Assembly (NCBI RefSeq): GCF_008831285.2
Contig: NC_045138.2
Location: 33,170,001-33,234,000, forward strand
From: Nymphaea colorata
Taxonomy: Eukaryota
Length of the DNA stretch: 64,000 nucleotides
Direction of reading: 5' to 3'
Part shown: piece by piece, positions 54,421 through 64,000 of the stretch
Layout of the letters: each line of letters opens with the position of its first letter
How positions within the stretch are numbered: the stretch's first letter is position 1
Position numbers and translations under genes: made by a program
Notes under the pieces: generated by a model
The model's database searches: none
Told to the model about the DNA's origin: nothing
The model's input: the letters and a program-made list of their open reading frames with translations, nothing else

Positions 54421-54480
54421 GACTATCGCAGGATCGAACTCTCAACCTCCGTCAGCTGGTGTTAAGTCGACTGAGTTATT
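54421..54480 (-). mobile_element. tRNA-derived SINE head remnant
   Basis: Minus strand has A-box-like TAACTCAGTCGA (54478-54467) and B-box GTTCGATCC (54439-54431). No cloverleaf evident. Confidence 0.45.
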
Positions 54481-54916
54481 TAATTGGTGTCTGATTATCA
54501 GTGTGCAGACAATACCTCGTGCCTTCCATTCAACCAAGGAAATGGTCATAATAAGTGCTGCTCTCAATTACCGTATCTTGGGGGTATGATCAAGACTAGT
54601 ATACCCCCTTTTTTCTCCAATCAACATCTCTCCCATGGTAAGTGTTAGGTTTGCTTTGTAGACAAATATAGATGAAGATTAATTCATAAACTACCATAAA
54701 GGCCTAGTTGCTGTTGTATGTACATACAACAGAACTGTTGTGACTTTTGTACCTTTGACGGCCAAGTTGCTTCATGACATACCTCTCTGCCTTCATCAAT
54801 CCGAAGTTACTCCAATCTCTTGGCCATGAGCTGCAACTCAACTCAATTCTATGTCTAGTAAAGTTATCCATTAAAAAGATAAAATGTTTGGATGCTTTCA
54901 GAATTGGACGCTTGAT

Positions 54917-57900
54917 CAGCCATTTGCTTCAAGTGCATTTGATTGACATTTTGAAGTTGATAGTTGAGGTGTTGCCTCATCAAAATCCATATGCAGTTCC
55001 CAGGTCTCTCGGGACTGTTTCCCCTTTTGTTGTACAAGGGGTTCAGCGCATCATTCCAACCCAAGTTTAAACGTAGTCAATACTTTTGTCTCACACATAA
55101 CCTCCTAAAACTAACCATTATGCTGATCCATCTAGTTGGCCACGCATCGGCTATGCCTTCACTTCGTCGTTTATTTCAAATGCATGTGATTGACATTTTT
55201 AACTTGATGGTAGGGACGTTGCCTTATCAACATCCATATGCAGTTCTCATGTCCCACGAGAATGCTTCCCCTTTTGTTGTGCGGGGTTCATCGTATCTTT
55301 CTTACCTTACTTTTTTCATAGTCAACACTTTTGTCTCACACATAACATACTAAAACTGACCATTATGTGGATGCATCTAGTTGGCCAAGCATCGGTCATG
55401 TCTTCAGTCAACCATTTATTTCAAGTGCATTTGATTGACATTTTGAACTTAATAGTAGGGTCGTTGCCTCATCAAGATCCATATGCAGTTCCAATGCCTC
55501 ACGAGACTACTTCCGCTTTTGTTGTACGGGGTACATCGCATCTTTCCTATCCTAGTTTATTCATAGTCAATACTTTTGCCTTGTAAATAACCTCCTAAAC
55601 CTAAACATTATGCTGATGCATCTAGTTGGCCATCCATCGGCTATGTATTCAATTCATCATTTATTTCAAATGCATGTGATTGACATTTTTAACTTGATGG
55701 AATAGACGTTGTCTCATCAACATCCATTTGAAGTTCTCATGTTTCACGGGACTGCATCTCTTTTTGTTGTAAAGGGTTCATCACATTTTTCCCACCCAAG
55801 TTTTTGCATAGTTAATACCTTTGTCTCACACATAAGCTCCTAACATTAACCATTACGCCCATGCATCTAGTTGGCCATTCATCGGCTATGTCTTCAATTC
55901 ACCATTTATTTCACGTGCATGTGATTGACATTTTTAACTCGATGATAGGGACGTTGTCTCATACACATCCATATGCACTTCCCATATCTTTTCACGGTAC
56001 TGCTTCCCCCCTTGTTGTAAGGGGTTCATCGTATCTTTTCTACCCAAGTTTTTTTTATAGTGAATACTTTTGTCTCACACATAACATCCTAAAACTGACC
56101 ATTATGTCGATGCATCAAATTGGTCATGCATCGGCCATGTCTCCAATCGGCCATTTTTTTCAAGTGCATTTGATTGACGTTTTGAACTTGATAGTAGGGA
56201 CGTCGCCCCACCAAGATCCATATGTGCTCGTAGATGCAAGATCTATATCTCACGGGACTGCTTCCCCTTTTGTTGTACAGGGTCACATTTTTCCTACTCA
56301 AGTTTTTTCATAGTCAACACCTTTGTCTCGCACATAAGCTCCTAACACTAACCATTACGCCGACGCATCTAGTTGGCCATGCATCGGCAATCTCTTCAGT
56401 TCAACATTTATTTCAAGTGCACGTGATTGACATTTTTAACTTGATGGTAGGATGCTGCATCATCAATATTCATATGCAGTTCCCATGTCTCACGGGACTG
56501 CTTCCCCTCTTGTTGTACGGGGTTCATCGTATCCATCCTACCTTAACTTTTTCATAGTCAATACTTTTGTCTCACACCTAACCTCTTAAAATTGGCCATT
56601 ATGCCGATGCATTTAGTTGGTCATGCAACCGCTATGTCGTCAGTGAGCCACTTATTTCAAGTGCACTTTATTGGCATTTTTAACTTGATGGTGGAGACAT
56701 TGCCTCAACAACATCGTTTAGCAGTTCCTAAGTCACACGGGACTGCTTCTCCTCTGGTTCAACGGGTTTCATCGTATCATTTGCCTCATCAAGATTCATA
56801 TGCATTTCTCATGCGTAATGGGACTACTTCCCCTTTTGTTGTACGGGGTTCATCGCATCTTTCCTACCCTAGTTTTCAAAGTCAAAACTTTTGTCTCCCA
56901 CATAACCACCTAAAACTGACCATAATGGCGATGCATCTAGTTGGCCATGCATCGGCTAAGTCTTCAATCCGTCATTTATTTCAAATGCATGTAATTGACA
57001 TTTTTAACTTGATAGTAGGGACGTTGCCTCATCAATATCAATATGCATTTCCCATGTCTTATAGGACTGTTTCCCCTCTTGTCGTACGGGGTTCATCGTA
57101 TCCATCCTGCCCTAGTTTTTTTCATAGTCAATACTTTTGTCTCACATAACCTCTTAAAATTGACCATTATGCCGATGCATTTAGTTGGTCATGCATCGGA
57201 TATGTCGTCAGTCAGCCAGTTATTTCAAGTGCACTTGATTGACATTTTTAATTTAACGGTGGAGACATTTCCTCACCAACATCGTTTAGCAGTGCCCAGG
57301 ACTCACGAACTGCTTCTACTCTGGTTGTACGGGTTTCATCGTATCATTTGCGCCCGTTATGAGACGATCACACATCATTAACAACTCATCCCTTCAGTAC
57401 TCCTTAAGTAATAAGTGTCGCTCTCTCTTGCCAAGACGATAAGGTGAGATGCACAAGATTGCCAATAATAATCCCAAACAAAGTCTATGTTCATTCATGT
57501 CTATTCGTCAAAAAAGTGTTCGCAGATGCAACATCCGCTACATAATCACGAGAACCAAATAGCCATTTATCTCAACTGCACATAACTGACATTTTTAACT
57601 TGATGGTACGAACGTTGTCTCATCAAGATCCATTTGCAGTTCCCATGTCTCAAGGGACTGCTTCCCCTTTTGTTGTAAAGGGTTCATCACATTTTTCCTA
57701 CCCAAGTTTTTTCATAGTCAATACCTTTGTCTCGCACATAAGCTCCTAACACTAACCATTACGCCGATGCATCTAGTTGGCCATGCATTGGCTATCTTTT
57801 CAGTTCACCATTTATTTCAAGTGCATGTGCTTGACATTTATAACTTGATGGTAGGGACAATACCTCATCAATATCCATATGCAGTTCTCATGTCTCACGG

Positions 57901-60900
57901 GACTGCTTCCCCTCTTGTTGTACGGGGTTCATCGTATCTTTCCTACCCAAGCTTTTTCATAGTGAATACTTTTGTCTCACACATAACATACTAAAACTGA
58001 CCATTATGTCGATGCATTTAGTTGGTCATGCATTGGCCACGTCTTTAGTCGGCCATCTATTTCAAGTGCATTTGATTGACGTTTTGAACTTGATAGTACG
58101 GACGTCGCCTCACCAAGATCCATATGTAGTTCTCATCCCACACGGGACTACTTCTCCTTTTGTTGTACAGGGTACACCGCATCTTTCCTACCCTAGTTTA
58201 TTCATAGTCAATACTTTTGTCTTCAACATAACCTCCTAAAACTGACCATTATCTCGATGCATCTAGTTGGCCATGCATCGGCTATGTCTTCAAATCGTCA
58301 TTTATTTCAAATGCATGTGATTGACATTTTTAACGTGATGATAGGAACGTTGTCTCATCAAGATCCACTTGCAGTTCCCATGTCTCACGGAACTGCATCC
58401 CATTTTGTTGAACAGGGTTCATCACATTTTTCCTACCTAGGTTTTTTCATAGTCAATACCTTGTTCTCACTAACGATTACGCCGATGGATCTAGTTGGCC
58501 ATACATCGGCTATGTCTTCAGTTCACCATTTATTTAAGTGCATGTGATTGACATTTTTAAATTGATGGTAGGGTCGTTGTCATGCAGTTCCCATGTCTCA
58601 TGGGACTGCTTCCCACTTGTTGTACGGGGTGCATTGTATCTTTCCTACCCAAGTTCTTACATAGTCAATATTTTTGTCTCACACATAACATCCTAAAACA
58701 GACCATAATGTCGATGCATCTAGTTGGCCATGCATCGGCCATGTCTTCAGTCGGTCATTTTTTTCAAGAGCATTTGATTGACGTCTTGAACTTCATAGTA
58801 AGTAGGTCGCCTCACCAAGATCCATATGTAGTTCCCATGCATCACGGGACTGCTCCCCCTTTTGTTGTACGGGGTACATCGCATCTTTCCTACCTACGTT
58901 AGTCATATTCAATACTTTTGCCGCATACACAACCACCTAAAAATGACCATTATGCCAATGGATCTAGCTGGCCAAGCATCGACTATGTCTTCAATTCGTC
59001 CATTATTTCAAATGCATGTAATTGACATTTTTAATGTGATGATAGGAACGTTGTCTCATCAAGATCCACTTGCAGTTCCCATGTCTCACGGAACTGCATC
59101 CCATTTTGTTGAACAGGGTTCATCACATTTTTCCTACACTAGTTTTTTCATAGCCAATACCTTTGTCTCACACATAAGCTCCTAACACTAACCATTACGC
59201 CGATGCATCTAGTTGGCCATGCATCGGCTATGTCTTCAGTTCACCATTTATTTCAAGTGCATGAGATTGACATTTTTAACTTGATGGTAAGGACGTTGTC
59301 TCGTCAACATTCATATGCAGTTCCCATGTCTCACGGGACTGCTTCTCCTCTTGTTGTACGGGGTTTCATCGTATATTTCCTACCCAAGTTCTTTCATAGT
59401 CAATACTTTTGTCTTAGACATAACCTCCTAAAATTGACCATTATGCTGATGCATTTAGTTGACTATGCATCGACTATGTCGTCAGTGAGCCATTTATTTT
59501 AAGTTCACTTGATTAACATTTTTAACTTGATGGTGGAGACATTGCCACATCAACATCGTTTAGCAGTTCCTTGGTCACACGGGACTGCTACTCCTCTGGT
59601 TGTACGGGTTTCATCGGGATGCCAATGGATCTAGCTGGCCATGCATCGGCTATGTCTTCAATTCGTCCATTATTTCAAATACATGTGATTGACATTTTTA
59701 ATGTGATGATAGGAACGTTGTCTCATCAAGATCCACTTGCAGTTCCCATGTCTCACGGAACTGCATCCCATTTTGTTGAACAGGGTTCATCACATTTTTC
59801 CTACACAAGTTTTTTCATAGCCAATACCTTTGTCTCACACATAAGCTCCTAACACTAACCATTACGCCGATGCATCTAGTTGGCTATACATCGGCTATGT
59901 CTTCAGTTCACCATGTATTTCAAGTGCATGTGATTGACATTTTTAACTTGATGGTAGGGTCGTTGTCATGCAGTTCCCATGTCTCACGGTACTGCTTCCC
60001 TCTTGTTGTACGGGGTTCATCGTATCTTTCCTACCCAAGTTCTTTCATAATCAATACTTTTGTCTCACACATAACCTCCTATAATTGACCATTATGCCGA
60101 TGCATTTAGTTGGCAATGCATCGGCTATGTCGTCAGTGAGCCACTTATTTCAAGTGCAGTTGATTGACATTTTTAACTTGATGGTGGAGACATTGCCTCA
60201 ACAACATCATTTAGCAGTTCCTAAGTCACACGGGACTGCTTCTCCTTTGGTTGTACGGGTTTCATCGTATCATTTGCCCCATCAAGATCCATACGCAGTT
60301 CCCATGCCTCATGGGACTACTTCCCCTTTTGTTGTACGGGGTTCATCGCATCTTTCCTACCCTAGTTTTTTCATAGTCAATACTTTTGTCTCGTACATAA
60401 CCTCCTAAAACTGATTATTATGGCGATGCATCTAGTTGGCCATGCATCGGCTATGTCTTCAATCTGTCATTTATTTCAAATGCATGTGATCGACATTTGT
60501 AACTTGATGGTAGGGATGTTGCCACATCAATATCAATATGTAGTTCCCATATCCCACCGGACTACTTCCCCTCTTGTTGTACGAGGTTCATCGTATCCAT
60601 CCTACCCTATCTTTTTCATAGTCAATACTTTTGCCTCACACATAACCTGTTAAAATTGACCATTATGCCGATGCATTTAGTTGGCCATGCATCGGATATG
60701 ACGCCAGTCAGCCATTTATTTCAAGTGCACTTGATTGACATTTTTAACTTAACGGTGGAGACATTTCCTCAACAAATCGTTTAGTAGTGCCCAGGACTCA
60801 CGGGACTGCTTCTACTCTGGTTGTACGGGTTTCATCGTATCATTTGCGCCCGTAATGAGATGATCACACATCATTAACAACTCATCCCTTCAGTACTCCT

Positions 60901-63900
60901 TAAGTAATAAGTGTCGCTCTCTCTTGCCAAGACGATAAGGTGAGATGCACAAGATTGCCAATAATAATCCCAAACAAAGTCTATGTTCGTTCATGTCTAT
61001 TCGTCAAAAAAGTGTTCGCAGATGCAACATCCGCTACATAATCACGAGAACCAAATAGCCATTTATCTCAACTGCACATAACTGACATTTTTAACTTGAT
61101 GGTACGAACGTTGTCTCATCAAGATCCATTTGCAGTTCCCATGTCTCACGGGACTGCTTCCTCTTTTGTTGTAAAGGGTTCATCACATTTTTCCTACCCA
61201 AGTTTTTTCATAGTCAATACCTTTGTCTCGCACATAAGCTCCTAACACTAACCATTAAGCCGATGCATCTAGTTGGCCATGCATTGGCTATCTTTTCAGT
61301 TCACCATTTATTTCAAGTGCATGTGCTTGACATTTATAACTTGATGGTAGGGACAATACCTCATCAATATCCATATGCAGTTCTCATGTCTCACGGGACT
61401 GCTTCCCCTCTTGTTGTACGGGGTTCATCGTATCTTTCCTACCCAAGTTTTTTCATAGTGAATACTTTTGTCTCACACGTAACATACTAAAACTGACCAT
61501 TATGTCGATGCATCTAGTTGGTCATGCATCGGCCACGTCTTTAGTCGGCCATCTATTTCAAGTGCATTTGATTGACGTTTTGAACTTGATAGTACGGACG
61601 TCGCCTCACCAAGATCCATATGTAGTTCTGATCCCACACGGGACTGCTTCCCCTTTTGTTGTACAGGGTACACCGCATCTTTCCTACCCTAGTTTATTCA
61701 TAGTCAATACTTTTGGCTTCAACATAACCTCCTAAAACTGACCATTATCTTGATGCATCTAGTTGGCCATGCATCGGCTATGTCTTCAAATCGTCATTTA
61801 TTTCAAATGCATGTGATTGACATTTTTAACGTGATGATAGGAACGTTGTCTCATCAAGATCCACTTGCAGTTCCCATGTCTCACGGAACTGCATCCCATT
61901 TTGTTGAACAGGGTTCATCACATTTTTCCTACCCAGGTTTTTTCATAGTCAATACCTTTGTCTCACACATAAGCTCCTAACACTAACCATTACGCCGATG
62001 CATCTAGTTGGCCATACATAGGCTATGTCTTCAGTTCACTATTTATTTCAAGTGCATGTGATTGACATTTTTAACTTGATGGTAGGGTCGTTGTCATGCA
62101 GTTCCCATGTCTCACGGGACTGCTTCCCACTTGTTGTAAGGGGTTCATCGTATCTTTCCTACCCAAGTTCTTTCATAGTCAATACTTTTGTCGCACACAT
62201 AACATCCTAAAACAGACCATAATGTCGATGCATCTAGTTGGCCATGCATCGGCCATGTCTTCAGTCGGCCATTTTTTTCAAGTGCATTTGATTGACGTCT
62301 TGAACTTGATAGTAAGTACGTCGCCCCACCAAGATCCATATGTAGTTCTCATCCCTCACGGGACTGCTTCCCCTTTTGTTGTACAGTGTACACCGCATCT
62401 TTCCTACCCTAGTTTATTCATAGTCAATACTTTTGTCTTCTACATAACCTCCTAAAACTGACCATTATCTCGATGCATCTAGTTGGCCATGCATCGGCTA
62501 TGTCTTCAAATCGTCATTTATTTCAAATGCATGTGATTGACATTTTTAATGTGATGATAGGAACGTTGTCTCATCAAGATCCACTTGCAGTTCCCATGTC
62601 TCACGGAACTGCATCCCATTTTGTTGAACAGGGTTCATCGCATCTTTCCTACCCTAGTTTTTTCATAGTCTATACTTTTGTCTTGTACATAACCTCCTAA
62701 AACTGACCATTATGCCGATTCATCTAGTTGGCCATGTATCGGCTATGTCTTCAATCCGTCATTTATTTCAAATGCATGTGATTGACATTTTTAACTTGAT
62801 GGTAGGGACGTTGCCTCATCAATATCAATATATAGTTCTCATGTCTCACTGGACTGCTTCCCCTCTTATTGTACGGGGTTCATCGTATCCATCCTACCCT
62901 AACTTTTTCATAGTCAATACCTTTGTCTCACACATAACCTCCTAAAATTGACCATTATGCCGATGCATTTAGTTCGCCATGCATCAGATATGTCGTCAGT
63001 CAGTCATTTATTTCAAGTGCACTTGATTGACATTTTTAACTTGATGGTGAAGACATTTCCTCAACAACATCGTTTAGCAATTCCCAGGTCTCACGGGACT
63101 GCTTCTCCTCTGGTTGTACGGGTTTCATCGTATCATTTGCGCCCGTAATGAGATGATCACAGATCATTAACAACTCATCCCTTCAATACTCCTTAAGTTA
63201 TAAGTGCCGCTCTCTCTTGCCAAGACGATAAGGCGAGTTGTACAAGATTGTCAATAATAATCCCAAACAAAGTCTATGTTCGTTCATGTCTATTCGTCAA
63301 AAATGTGCTTGCAGATGCAACATCCGCTACTTAATCATGAGAACCAAACAACCATTTATCTCAATTGCACATAGCTGACATTTTAAACTTGATGGTGGGG
63401 ACGTTGTCTCATCAAGATCCTTTTGCAGTTCTCATTGTCTCACGGAACTGCTTCCCCTTTTGTTGTACCGGGTTCATCACATTTTTCCTACCCAAGTTTT
63501 TTCATAGTCAATACCTTTGTCTCACACATGAACTCATAACACTAACCATTACGCCGATGCATCTAGTTGGCCATGCATCGGCTATGTCTTGAGTTCACCA
63601 TTTATTTAATGTGCCTGACATTTTTAACTTGATGGTAAGGACGCTGCCTCATCAATATCCATATGCAGTTCCCATGTCTCACGAGACTGCTTCCCCTCTT
63701 GTTGTACGGGGTTTATTGTATCTTTCCTACTCAAGTTTTTTCATAGTGAATACTTTTGTCTCACACATGACATCCTAAAACTGACCATTATGTCGATGCA
63801 TCTAGTTGGCCATGCATCGGCCATGTCTTCAGTCGGCCATTTATTTCAAGTGTATTTGATTGACCTTTTGAACTTGATAGTAGGGACGTCGCCTCACCAA

Positions 63901-64000
63901 GATCCATATGTAGTTCCCATGCCTCACGGGACTGCTTCCCCTTTGTTGTACGGCGTACATTGCATCTTTCCTACCCCCATTTATTCATAGTCAATACTTT
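54917..64000. repeat. Tandem satellite array, ~245-bp monomer, roughly 35 copies, runs off the window end
   Basis: TAGTCAA-type anchor at 55074, 55319, 55564 and 55809 (period 245). Monomers are visibly diverged and fall into recurring subtypes. Confidence 0.96.
57351..57580. repeat. Non-monomer spacer in the satellite (also ~60847-61076 and ~63140-63370)
   Basis: CGCCCGT.ATGAGA.GATCACA.ATCATTAACAACTCATCCC...GAGAACCAAA occurs three times, each time in the same monomer context. Confidence 0.93.

Noticed and set aside
54421..54480. tRNA gene
   Set aside because: Only A/B boxes, with no acceptor stem or cloverleaf; treated as a SINE remnant.
56089..56301. Minus-strand monomer peptide (GNCxW...QVKNVNHMH) faintly resembling a MuDR transposase domain
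   Set aside because: Key Cys residues are missing and the similarity is too short to support without an HMM search.
54917..64000. Satellite as a CRISPR-like array or one long repeat-protein gene
   Set aside because: Eukaryotic context, no unique spacers or cas genes, and the 245-bp period is not a multiple of 3, with stops in each unit.

Overview
Plant (angiosperm) nuclear DNA with three zones. (1) 1-5 kb holds the only clearly intact gene, an intronless-CDS PB1-domain protein (3665-5005 +). (2) About 5-54 kb is rearranged, repeat-rich sequence with no intact transposase. It carries pieces of unrelated host genes, mostly absent from the ORF track and found by manual translation: two tyrosine/tryptophan decarboxylase 5' fragments, two consecutive SECRET AGENT (OGT) exons with their intron, a multi-exon RPA2/RPA32 pseudogene with an E2F/TATA promoter, an APT exon, a probable MADS-box remnant and several unnamed exon-like pieces. 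These sit among a CACTA terminus, MULE/hAT-like remnants, a dispersed retroelement-like repeat and nested kb-scale duplications (25.8-42.5 kb). (3) From about 54.9 kb to the end is a 245-bp tandem satellite with higher-order structure: recurring monomer subtypes, a ~230-bp spacer at 3.5/2.3-kb intervals, and a 10-bp dyad in each monomer. All homology calls come from recalled protein motifs, not database searches. The species cannot be established from the sequence.
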